Shown piece after piece: positions 18,717-27,646 of a stretch of DNA of 64,000 nt. The notes below the pieces were generated by a model. It was not told where the DNA came from. It saw only the letters and a program-made list of their open reading frames with translations, and ran no database searches. A program made the translations under genes and the position numbers. Origin of the DNA: an uncultured Planctomycetia bacterium (GTDB lineage: Bacteria; Omnitrophota; Gorgyraeia; Tantalellales; Tantalellaceae); contig CAZGQR010000001.1 in assembly GCA_964527765.1 (NCBI GenBank), forward strand, positions 118,353-182,352, in the 5' to 3' direction. How positions within the stretch are numbered: position 1 is the stretch's first letter; each line of letters begins with the position of its first letter.

Positions 18717-19937
18717 CTAGAAATTGATAATAGTCGATATCTTGAATATCGGCAGGAACATACAGATAACGATACCCCCTATTACTACGCCGAGAAAGGC
18801 TATGATAAGGGGCTCCATCAGGCTGGTCAGACCATCAACAGCGGCATCGACCTGACTGTCAAAAAAATCCGCGATCTTCGTCAGCATCTTTTCCAGCTTA
18901 CCGCTTTTTTCTCCTACGGCGACCATATGGGTAACGAGCGGGGGAAATAACCCGCTCTTTTCCAGGGGGCCGGCTATGCTTTCCCCTTCCCGCACGCTGT
19001 CTTTTACATCGTTGACGGATTTCTCTATAATTACATTGCCGGAAGTCTTGGCGACGATCTCAAGCGCGGAAAGTATGGGAACCCCGCTTTTCACCAGAGT
19101 GCTCAAGGTGCGGGTAAACTTGCTTACGGCGACTTTTTTGGATAACGGGCCGAGGATCGGAAGCCTCAGCTTGATACTGTCTATGTTCATCCTTCCCTTA
19201 TTCGTGCTGGCATACCATCTCACGGCGAGCGTTGCGGTAATAAGGATCAGGCAGAACAGCCAAAAATACTTTCGCGCCCAGTCGCTCAGATTTATCAGAA
19301 ATTGAGTGGGTCCCGGCAGGGCGGCTCCGAACCCGGAAAAAATATCCTTGAATACGGGGATCACCTTTAATATCATCACAAGCGTTATGATGACGGCCAT
19401 GGAAGTGACAACGGTCGGATAGATCATCGCTGATCTTATCTTCTTATTCAGGGCGCTGGTCTTCTCCAGGTATATAGCCAGCCTCTCCAGGACATTATCC
19501 AGCATACCGCTGGACTCTCCGGCTTTGATCATGTTCACGAAATAAGGGGAAAAAACCGAAGGATGCTTGCCCATCGCCTCGGAAAGACTTGCCCCCGTGT
19601 TAACAGAATCGCGGACATCCTGCAGCGTTTTCTTTAGCAAGGCGTTATCCACCTGCTCGACCAGCGTATCAAGCGAAGTGACAACGGTAATGCCGGCTTC
19701 CGTCATGGTCGCCATCTGCCGGGTGAATATCATGATCTCATCGTTCGGCACTTTTTTTCTGCCGAACAGCTTTGCCAAGAAAGATAACGAAAGCACATCC
19801 CGGGTCTCTTCAAGCTTGAGTATAAGCAAGCCCTTATCGCGCAGAATGCCGAGGGCATGCTGTTTGCTGGAGACTTCCATGTCCCCCTTTATGGTGTGCC
19901 CTGCCTTATCTTTTGCTATGTACGTGAACTTGGACAT
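18717..19937 (-). CDS. pilC: Type IV pilus inner-membrane platform protein PilC (GspF family)
   Basis: 406 aa; two T2SF domains; adjacent to pilB. Confidence 0.85.
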   Translation of the reverse strand: MSKFTYIAKDKAGHTIKGDMEVSSKQHALGILRDKGLLILKLEETRDVLSLSFLAKLFGRKKVPNDEIMIFTRQMATMTEAGITVVTSLDTLVEQVDNALLKKTLQDVRDSVNTGASLSEAMGKHPSVFSPYFVNMIKAGESSGMLDNVLERLAIYLEKTSALNKKIRSAMIYPTVVTSMAVIITLVMILKVIPVFKDIFSGFGAALPGPTQFLINLSDWARKYFWLFCLILITATLAVRWYASTNKGRMNIDSIKLRLPILGPLSKKVAVSKFTRTLSTLVKSGVPILSALEIVAKTSGNVIIEKSVNDVKDSVREGESIAGPLEKSGLFPPLVTHMVAVGEKSGKLEKMLTKIADFFDSQVDAAVDGLTSLMEPLIIAFLGVVIGGIVICMFLPIFKISTIINF

Positions 19938-19946
19938 TCTTCCTTT

Positions 19947-21653
19947 CTACGTGACCCTTAGCACTTCCTCGAGAGTGGTCCACCCTTTTATGAATTTCGA
20001 CATCGCGTTATCGCGCAGGGTTTTCATGCCTTTCGAGGCCAGGTATTCCTTGATCTCCTTCTCGGGCCTTTCCCTGTTTATCATATCTCTTATCCGGTCA
20101 TCTACGAGCAAAGTCTCCAGGGTCCCCATCCGGCCGCGGTACCCTGTCCCGTCGCAGCTCGGACAGCCCCTGCCCTTATAGAACTTGTCCACGCTGCGGG
20201 CTTCCGGATATTTCTCCCTTATTTCCTTCAATACTTCCTTCGGGATCTCTTCCTCGACCTTGCAATCCGGACAGATCCTCCTAAGAAGCCTCTGCGCGCA
20301 GGCCATGACAAGGCTTGATGCGACAAGAAACGGCTCCACCCCCATATTCACAAGGCGCGTGATAGCCCCGGCCGCATCATTGGTATGCAGTGTGCTTAAA
20401 ACCATCTGTCCCGTAAGAGACGCCTTGATGGCTATATCGGCTGTTTCAAGATCTCTTATCTCCCCGACCATTATCACGTCCGGGCTCTGGCGGAGTACCG
20501 CTCTCAGTCCTCTGGAAAAATCCAGGCCTATCTCCGGACGGGCCGCTATCTGGGTTATCCCGGCTATCTGGTACTCCACGGGGTCTTCGATCGTGATGAT
20601 ATTCTTCTCCGGGATGTTCATCTCGTTGAGAATGGAATAAAGCGTGGTGGACTTGCCGCTGCCGGTAGGCCCCGTTACCAGTATTATCCCGAAAGGTCTC
20701 GAAATGGCTTCTTTGAAATCAGCCAAAGGCTCAGCTAAAAACCCGAGTTTTTCCAGCCCTATGGACAGATTGCTCTTATCAAGAGCTCTCAGGACGATTT
20801 TATTCCCGAAACTGATGGGAAGAACGGATACGCGAAAGTCTATTTCTCTGCCCTCCATCTTCACCCTGAACCTGCCGTCCTGCGGCATCCTGGTCTCCGT
20901 GATGTCCAGGGTCGACATTATTTTAAGACGGGCCAATATGGCGTTCTGGTTCTTTTTCGGCAGGTCGAATACATCATGCAGCTCGCCATCGATGCGGTAT
21001 CTGATCCGCATCGATCTCTCCTGAGGCTCGATATGTATATCACTCGCCCTCTTTTTTATCGCCTCGCTGATAATAAGGTCGACCATCTTGACAATAGGGG
21101 CCGCCGTGCTCTCTTCGGTTACATCTACCACCTCGGCTTTCCCGGCCCTATCAACGACCTCCACATCGCTTTCCTTCTCTCCTTTCCCTATAATAGCGGA
21201 AATGTCCTCCTCGCCTGCCTTATAAAAAGACCGGAGAGTTTCCTGAAGATCTCTGCGGGTAGCCAGGACGAGTTCCACGTCACAACCCGTGACCGTCTTT
21301 ATATCGTCTATCGCAAAAATATCGGTGGGGTCGGAAATGGCGATCGTCAGGAAGTTCCCTATCTTTGACAGGGGCACTATCGAATGCCGCCGTGCCAGCT
21401 TCTCGGGTACAAGCGACATGATCTGCTTTTCGGGGATGATCCTTGTGGTGTTGATGAGCGGAATGTCCAGCTCCTGACTTAATATGGTCAAAAGATCATG
21501 ATCCGAGATGATACCGCTTTCGGCGAGCAGGCTTATGACGTCACCGCCGTTCTTTTCCTGCGCTCTTTTCAGCACGGTTTTCAAGCGCTTCTTATCCACC
21601 CGTCCGCTTTCCTGAAGCGCTTTTAATATCCTATCCTTTAAAGACTTCTTCAT
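19947..21653 (-). CDS. pilB: Type IV pilus assembly ATPase PilB/GspE family (paralog 1)
   Basis: T2SSE_N-like N-domain, Walker A GPTGSGKST, Asp box, His box, C-terminal tetracysteine (CPDC...CPSC). Start taken at the internal Met (MKKSLKD) preceded by GGAGG. Confidence 0.85.
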   Translation of the reverse strand: MKKSLKDRILKALQESGRVDKKRLKTVLKRAQEKNGGDVISLLAESGIISDHDLLTILSQELDIPLINTTRIIPEKQIMSLVPEKLARRHSIVPLSKIGNFLTIAISDPTDIFAIDDIKTVTGCDVELVLATRRDLQETLRSFYKAGEEDISAIIGKGEKESDVEVVDRAGKAEVVDVTEESTAAPIVKMVDLIISEAIKKRASDIHIEPQERSMRIRYRIDGELHDVFDLPKKNQNAILARLKIMSTLDITETRMPQDGRFRVKMEGREIDFRVSVLPISFGNKIVLRALDKSNLSIGLEKLGFLAEPLADFKEAISRPFGIILVTGPTGSGKSTTLYSILNEMNIPEKNIITIEDPVEYQIAGITQIAARPEIGLDFSRGLRAVLRQSPDVIMVGEIRDLETADIAIKASLTGQMVLSTLHTNDAAGAITRLVNMGVEPFLVASSLVMACAQRLLRRICPDCKVEEEIPKEVLKEIREKYPEARSVDKFYKGRGCPSCDGTGYRGRMGTLETLLVDDRIRDMINRERPEKEIKEYLASKGMKTLRDNAMSKFIKGWTTLEEVLRVT

Positions 21654-21660
21654 GCCCTCC

Positions 21661-23385
21661 CTACTCCGCCCCTCTTTCAATAGTCGCGCGCAACACATCC
21701 TCAAGAGAGGTGATACCCTTTATGACGTTCTCTATGCCGTTCTCTCTCAGCGTGACCATGCCTTCGGACCTGGCTACTTTTTCGATCTCGGACTCCTGTG
21801 CCCGCTTGAATACAAGATCCTTTATTGCCGGGGTCAATCTCATGCACTCGATGATACCCGTTCTCCCCTGATAGCCGGACCCCGAGCACTTCTTGCACCC
21901 CCGCGGCTTGTAGATCCTCGGGATCTTGTTATTCTTGTCAAAAAGACCGTATTTGTCGGCAACTTCTTTCGGGGGCGTATATGGCTCTTTGCATTCCGGG
22001 CACAACTTTCTCAATAACCGCTGGGCCGCGATAAGCTCGACGGAAGCGGCTATAAGAAAGGTCTCCTCTCCCATGTTCACCATCCTGATGATCGATCCGC
22101 TCGCGGTATTAGTATGAAGCGTGCTCAGAACAAGGTGCCCTGTCAGTGCGGATTTAATGGCGATATCAAGCGTCTCAAAATCCCTTATCTCGCCGATCAT
22201 GATGATATCCGGATCCTGCCGCAGAATGGAACGAAGAGAACCGGCGAACGTCAATCCGATCTCATCGTTTATTGTGACCTGGTTGATGCCTTTAAGTTCA
22301 TATTCTACCGGGTCTTCGACGGTGACGAGGTTCTTCCCCGGATCGTCCACATGCTTCAATACGGAATACAGGGTAGTGGTCTTGCCGCACCCCGTCGGGC
22401 CGCACACAAGTATCATGCCGTGGGGTTTCGCGCTGGCGGTCCGGATCGTTTTTAAGTCCCGCTCCTTGAATCCAAGCCTGTCGAGATCTATCATGGCCTG
22501 TTCTTTATCAAGCACTCTCAGGGCTACTTTTTCCCCAAAACTGGAGGGTATGACAGAGACCCTGAAATCGATCTTCCTGCCTTCGACCTTTATCATGAAC
22601 CGCCCGTCCTGCGGCAGGCGCATTTCGGTGATATCAAGGTCCGACATTACCTTGATGCGGGATACCAGGGCCTGGTGAAATTTCCTGGGGGGAGCGTACC
22701 GCTCGCACAATACGCCGTCTATCCGGAACCTGACCCGGGAATTCGCCTCCATCGGTTCTATCAGGATATCGCTTGCGCGTTCCTTTACCGCCCTGCTTAT
22801 TACCATGTTCGTGAGTTTCACCACGGGGGCTTCTTCCGTTATCCGAAGAAGATCGCTGGAGGATATTTTTTCCTCTTCTTCTTCTGTCAGCATTTCCATC
22901 TGCGCGCTTTCCATATCGCTTACCAGGGCGCTGATCTCCTCGTCGGCCGATCTTTCATAATATCTGTGTATCGCTTCTTTTATGTCATCCTCGGCCGCAA
23001 CAACGGGGCTGATGTCCAGATTCGTCACTATCTTCAGATCATCGATCGCGACCACGTTAAGTGGATCGGCCATGGCAACGGTAAGCTGCTTTCCTACGCG
23101 TGAAACGGGCAATATCCGATAAGACATCGCGATTTTTCTTGGAATGAGTTCAAGGGTCTCCTTGTCGATCCGCAAAAGGGAAAGTTTAACGGGAGGGAAT
23201 CCGAGTCCTTCGCTGAGGGCGGTTAAAAGATCGCCCTTGGAAACCGCCTTCATCTCGACCAGGATATCGCTGAGGTTGCCCCCTTTTTCCGCGCATATCC
23301 CTCTGGCCTTTTTCAGGTCGTTTTCCGAGACAAGTTTTTTGCTGAGAAGAAGATCATAAATCTTTTTTGTCAGTGACAAGGCCAT
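21661..23385 (-). CDS. PilB/GspE-family secretion ATPase (paralog 2, tandem to paralog 1)
   Basis: Same architecture: N-terminal T2SSE_N, Walker A GPTGCGKTT, tetracysteine (CPEC...CKKC). Confidence 0.85.
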   Translation of the reverse strand: MALSLTKKIYDLLLSKKLVSENDLKKARGICAEKGGNLSDILVEMKAVSKGDLLTALSEGLGFPPVKLSLLRIDKETLELIPRKIAMSYRILPVSRVGKQLTVAMADPLNVVAIDDLKIVTNLDISPVVAAEDDIKEAIHRYYERSADEEISALVSDMESAQMEMLTEEEEEKISSSDLLRITEEAPVVKLTNMVISRAVKERASDILIEPMEANSRVRFRIDGVLCERYAPPRKFHQALVSRIKVMSDLDITEMRLPQDGRFMIKVEGRKIDFRVSVIPSSFGEKVALRVLDKEQAMIDLDRLGFKERDLKTIRTASAKPHGMILVCGPTGCGKTTTLYSVLKHVDDPGKNLVTVEDPVEYELKGINQVTINDEIGLTFAGSLRSILRQDPDIIMIGEIRDFETLDIAIKSALTGHLVLSTLHTNTASGSIIRMVNMGEETFLIAASVELIAAQRLLRKLCPECKEPYTPPKEVADKYGLFDKNNKIPRIYKPRGCKKCSGSGYQGRTGIIECMRLTPAIKDLVFKRAQESEIEKVARSEGMVTLRENGIENVIKGITSLEDVLRATIERGAE

Positions 23386-23396
23386 ACAGGCGCCTC

Positions 23397-23849
23397 TTAA
23401 CCGCGGGGTTTCTCGTAAAGTCTGTCCAGGGCTTCGTGTATAGATGTGACGGTACTGATAAAGACCTGGACCTTCTTTTTAGTCAACATTTCTACATCTT
23501 CGATCGCTTTTTCATTGAGCGGATTCGACATCGCAACCGTCAGGATATTCCCCATAACATCAAGAGGAACGATGCTGTATTGCCTGGCCACATTTTCCGG
23601 GACCACGCTCACGATCTCTCTTTTTAGCTCATAATTTTCAAGCGGGAGATAAGGAAAGCCGTACTGGACGGTCAGCGCCCGGACTATATCAAGCTCTTTT
23701 ACATACCCTAATTTTACAAGGATCTCCCCTAAAAGTCCTCCTTCGCGCTTCTGAAAATCAAGAGCCCGCTGCAGATTTTGCTCAGAAATAACACCGCCGC
23801 GGACCAGTATCTCTCCGAGTTTTTCCTTTACGCGTTTCTGGGGTGACAC
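23397..23849 (-). CDS. Stand-alone T2SSE_N / MshEN-like domain protein (putative c-di-GMP receptor), 150 aa
   Basis: KLGEILVRGGVISEQNLQRALDFQ...LGEILVKLGYVKELDIVRAL matches the tandem MshEN motif RLGxx(L)(V)xxG(I/V)(L)xxxx(L)xxAL(x2)Q. The C-terminal half resembles a second T2SSE_N lobe. Confidence 0.6.
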   Translation of the reverse strand: MSPQKRVKEKLGEILVRGGVISEQNLQRALDFQKREGGLLGEILVKLGYVKELDIVRALTVQYGFPYLPLENYELKREIVSVVPENVARQYSIVPLDVMGNILTVAMSNPLNEKAIEDVEMLTKKKVQVFISTVTSIHEALDRLYEKPRG

Positions 23850-23900
23850 TTTTTTTCTCCTGACTTTAAATGTATCCGCAAATCAACGTCACGCGCGGTG

Positions 23901-24962
23901 CTATCCGATCAATTTGGTCAACTCCTCGACATCAGACGACCTTGATATCGCGTCATCATAGGTTATCAGGCCGGCCGCATAGAGCTCGGACAGGGCCTGG
24001 TTCATCGTTTTCATGCCGAATTTCTGGGATGTCTGTATGATGGAATATACCTGGTGTTCTTTGGCGTCCCTTATCATGCTTCTGATGGCCGGGGTCGCCA
24101 CAAGAACCTCGGTGGCCAGAACCATGCCGGGCTGCCCCTTATGCGGTATCAGGTGCTGTGAAAGGATGCCGGATAATACAAACGAAAGCTGTGTCCTTAC
24201 CTGTCCTTGCTGGTGAGCCGGAAACACGTCCACCATGCGGTTTATCGACTGTATGCTGTCCGAAGTATGCAGGGTGCCCAGGACCAGATGCCCGGTATCG
24301 GCAATGATCAAAGCCTGTTGTATGGTATCAAGATCGCGCAGCTCACCTATAAGAATAACATCCGGATCCTGCCTCAGCACATGCCGCAGGGCGTTGCTGA
24401 AAGAATGGGTATCCGCAAGCAGCTGTCTCTGTTCTATAATAGCTTTCTTATTTTCATGGACATACTCAATGGGGTCCTCGACCGTCACAATATGGCATTT
24501 CCGGCTATTGTTGATCTCTTCCACCATAGCCGCAAGGGTCGTTGATTTTCCGCTGCCGGTCGCCCCCGTCACGAGAACCAGCCCCTTCAGGGCCTTGCAA
24601 AAACTTTTCACCACTTCCACGGGCAACCCGCATTCCTCAATGCTCATGATACGGAAAGGTATCAGCCTTATAGCGCACCCGACATGACCCCGTTGAAAAA
24701 ATGCGTTGCATCTGTAGCGCCCCACATCCTCTATTGACAGGGCAAAGTCAAGTTCTTCTTCCTCTTCAAACTTCTTTATCTGCTCCTGGCTCAAAAGACC
24801 GTAAATGATCTCCTTGGCTTCCTTGGAAGACAGAACCTTATCCGCCACCGTCAACAGCTCATTATCGATACGGTAATGCATGGGCGCGTTCGCGCCTATG
24901 TGAAGGTCGGACGCCCGTTTTTCAGACATGTCCGTCAATATCTTTCTAATATCGTCTCTCAT
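23901..24962 (-). CDS. pilT: Twitching-motility retraction ATPase PilT
   Basis: 353 aa; Walker A GATGSGKST, PilT-type His/Asp boxes; no N-terminal T2SSE_N extension. Confidence 0.9.
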   Translation of the reverse strand: MRDDIRKILTDMSEKRASDLHIGANAPMHYRIDNELLTVADKVLSSKEAKEIIYGLLSQEQIKKFEEEEELDFALSIEDVGRYRCNAFFQRGHVGCAIRLIPFRIMSIEECGLPVEVVKSFCKALKGLVLVTGATGSGKSTTLAAMVEEINNSRKCHIVTVEDPIEYVHENKKAIIEQRQLLADTHSFSNALRHVLRQDPDVILIGELRDLDTIQQALIIADTGHLVLGTLHTSDSIQSINRMVDVFPAHQQGQVRTQLSFVLSGILSQHLIPHKGQPGMVLATEVLVATPAIRSMIRDAKEHQVYSIIQTSQKFGMKTMNQALSELYAAGLITYDDAISRSSDVEELTKLIG

Positions 24963-25012
24963 GTTTTTACCTCTCGCTTAATCGGGGTTTGAGCCCTTCC
25001 TCCGGGCCCGGG

Positions 25013-26425
25013 CTATTCCCCCAGCACTTTATTTTTGCCTTGTTCTTTGGCTTTCTTTACGTACTGCCGGGCCTTGGTGACGATCTCCTTCGCGCTCGCG
25101 CCGTCAATAGGATTTTCACCGACCCCGATGCTCGCAGTGATCCTGTCACTCGCCTCGGGCGAGATCTGCATGTTTTCTACCCTCTTGCGGATATTCTCGG
25201 CCAGCTCAAGGCTTTCCCTCTTATTCATCTCGGGCAGGAGTATCCCGAATTCAGCGCCATCGAATCTTGCGATTTTGCCGATCGGGGGTATGGCGGCGCC
25301 CAGAAGCTCACCCAATTGCCTCAGGACCTGTTCCGACTTTGACGCACCGTAATGGTCCGAATACTTTTCAAAGTCATCCACGTCTACGACTATCAGGGAG
25401 CATGGCCTCTGGTAATACACGGCCCTGCTGATCTCATCTTCCAGCCGTTCTTCAAGATAAGAAAACGTATAAAGTCCAGTAAGACTGTCCACTATCTCCA
25501 GGCTCTTCATCTTTCCGAACATCTGGAAACTCTGGTATCCAAGGATCAATTCTTTCTCAAAAGCTCTCAGGACCTCTATGTCCTCGTCGCTGAATCTGAC
25601 ATCCCCCCCGAAACCTCCCAATACGATAACCCCCGCAACATCGCTCTTTATCTTCATGGGGAACAGGACGACGTTCATCTGGTTCAGCTTTTCTTTCAAT
25701 TCCGCCTGCCAGGGTTTTTTCATCGGGCGAGAATCGGCCAAAAGATATTCATTGTCGGAAAAGAGTTCTTTCACGGAAGAGACCGCCGATTCGATATCGG
25801 CGGGGGCTATTTCCTTGCTGGAATTATTGAGAGAGGATTTCAGGGAATATTTTTGCCCATCCTCTTTCATCAAAATGGCGCAAAAACCGCCATATAGCTC
25901 TCCCGCTATCCTTTCTGCCGCAAAGTCGAGCACTTCTTTAAATTCCGCTCCCGAACTTATGAGGTCCCCTAATCTCATAAGATTCGTAAGGGTAAGGACC
26001 TTTCTGTGTATCTTGACGTTAAGGGCCGTCGTTTCCTTGCTGTATTTCTGCAGTTCGCCGAGATAGCTGCGCATCTTACCCGTCATGGTATTGACGGCGG
26101 TAGCTATATCTCCCAGTTCATCCTCCCTGCTGACCAGGATCTTTGAGGTGCCCCGCCCGTTCGCTATGATCTTCGTCTCGATAGCAAGGTTTATGACCGG
26201 AATCACGATATCCTTTGCCAGTATGTAGCCGGTCCAGGCGATCAACAGGGAAAACAGGGTGATAGCCGTTACCTGAAGCATATTTATTCCCGTTCCCGGG
26301 AACACATAGGTCACGACAAAATATACCATGACCAGGATAGGAATAAGGGACATAAGAGCAAAGGCGAGCAGAAGTTTATATTTCAAACTCTTCCTTCCGA
26401 GCCCCAGGAATTTAAAAAAACTCAT
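25013..26425 (-). CDS. Membrane-anchored sensor with HAMP-like region, central GAF-like region and a degenerate GGDEF domain (DGAEF in place of GG[DE]EF)
   Basis: Two N-terminal TM helices. GGDEF-fold signatures DSLTGLY ... ARFDGAEFGILLP ... SIGVG ... KAKEQGKNKV. The active-site motif reads RFDGAEF, with the catalytic acid replaced by Ala. Confidence 0.75.
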   Translation of the reverse strand: MSFFKFLGLGRKSLKYKLLLAFALMSLIPILVMVYFVVTYVFPGTGINMLQVTAITLFSLLIAWTGYILAKDIVIPVINLAIETKIIANGRGTSKILVSREDELGDIATAVNTMTGKMRSYLGELQKYSKETTALNVKIHRKVLTLTNLMRLGDLISSGAEFKEVLDFAAERIAGELYGGFCAILMKEDGQKYSLKSSLNNSSKEIAPADIESAVSSVKELFSDNEYLLADSRPMKKPWQAELKEKLNQMNVVLFPMKIKSDVAGVIVLGGFGGDVRFSDEDIEVLRAFEKELILGYQSFQMFGKMKSLEIVDSLTGLYTFSYLEERLEDEISRAVYYQRPCSLIVVDVDDFEKYSDHYGASKSEQVLRQLGELLGAAIPPIGKIARFDGAEFGILLPEMNKRESLELAENIRKRVENMQISPEASDRITASIGVGENPIDGASAKEIVTKARQYVKKAKEQGKNKVLGE

Positions 26426-26548
26426 AAAATCCTCCCAATGGCTTATATGAAATAAAGTTTCCGGTTTCTTTTGGCATAACCACCGACGTTAGATAAATAA
26501 TACACTAAGTGTATTTAAAAGTCAAAATACTCTTTGCCGGCAGTATCT

Positions 26549-27646
26549 CTAACGGTTCGCTCTTCGGCCTATGCTGAGCAAAAATCCTACGCTTATGAGG
26601 GTGGCAACGGTATTGGAACCGCCGTAGCTTATGGCCGGAAGCGGCAGGCCGACGACGGGCATAAACCCGATCGTCATCGATATGTTCACTAAAACCTGGA
26701 AAGCTATTAATGTCACGATCCCGGCGGTTATGGCCCTGCCGTAGATGTCGCCGGCGGCCGACATGATCTTTATCCCCCGCGCTATTACCAGCGCATATAA
26801 TGCTATCAATGCAACGGCGCCGATAAGGCCCCATTCTTCCCCGATCACGGAAAATATGAAATCCGTGTGCCTTTCCGGAAGAAATTTGAGGTAACTTTGT
26901 GATCCGTTCAGCCATCCTTTTCCGAACACGCCGCCGGAGCCTATCGCGATCTTTGACTGTATGATAGTATATCCGGCACCGAGCGGATCCAGATTCGGAT
27001 TTACAAAAACCATGAGTCTTGTTTTCTGGTAATCCTTTAGCAGGGTCCAGAAAAAGGGCAGACCCGCCAGCGCTATTGCCGCGCTTGAAACCAGATATTT
27101 TATCTTTTCGCCGCATATGAACAACATGGAAAAAAGCACAGGAATAAGCACAAGGGCCGTCCCCAGGTCCGGCTGGAGAAAGATCAACATTACGGCGGGC
27201 ATTACCAGCGCGACAGCGCTTATGTAATTTTTAAGCGTTCCTATCCTTTCGCGTCTCTCGCCCAGGAAAGCAGCCAGAGCCAGGATCACGGTTATTTTCG
27301 CGAACTCCGAAGGCTGCAGGGAAACCGGCCCCAGATCTATCCACCTCTTGGCGCCGTAATGTTCGCCTCCGAACAAGAGAAGAAAGACAAGAACCGCCAG
27401 GTTCAGGCCGTACACAAGATAAGCAAAATTCAGGATCTTCAGGTAATCCATATTCGCGACCGCAAGCAGAAGAACAAACCCGACTGCCACCCATATGCAT
27501 TGTTTTACCACAAGAGCGTTCAGGGCGCCGGTAGCCCTGTCCCATGTTGCGCTGTAAATAAAAACGATCCCGAGAAAAGAGATCAGCGTGACAGCAAGCA
27601 ATAAGACCTTATCCGTTTCTATCCATCCTCTTCCGGGTTTTATCAT
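26549..27646 (-). CDS. rodA: SEDS-family peptidoglycan polymerase RodA
   Basis: 365 aa polytopic FtsW/RodA-family protein directly downstream of mrdA in the mreBCD-mrdA-rodA block. Confidence 0.85.
   Translation of the reverse strand: MIKPGRGWIETDKVLLLAVTLISFLGIVFIYSATWDRATGALNALVVKQCIWVAVGFVLLLAVANMDYLKILNFAYLVYGLNLAVLVFLLLFGGEHYGAKRWIDLGPVSLQPSEFAKITVILALAAFLGERRERIGTLKNYISAVALVMPAVMLIFLQPDLGTALVLIPVLFSMLFICGEKIKYLVSSAAIALAGLPFFWTLLKDYQKTRLMVFVNPNLDPLGAGYTIIQSKIAIGSGGVFGKGWLNGSQSYLKFLPERHTDFIFSVIGEEWGLIGAVALIALYALVIARGIKIMSAAGDIYGRAITAGIVTLIAFQVLVNISMTIGFMPVVGLPLPAISYGGSNTVATLISVGFLLSIGRRANR

Noticed and set aside
26505-27545. Minus-strand ORFs of 203 aa and 104 aa inside the rodA region
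   Set aside because: Alternative frames overlapping the rodA coding sequence. The translations are Arg- and Cys-rich nonsense. RodA itself is well supported.
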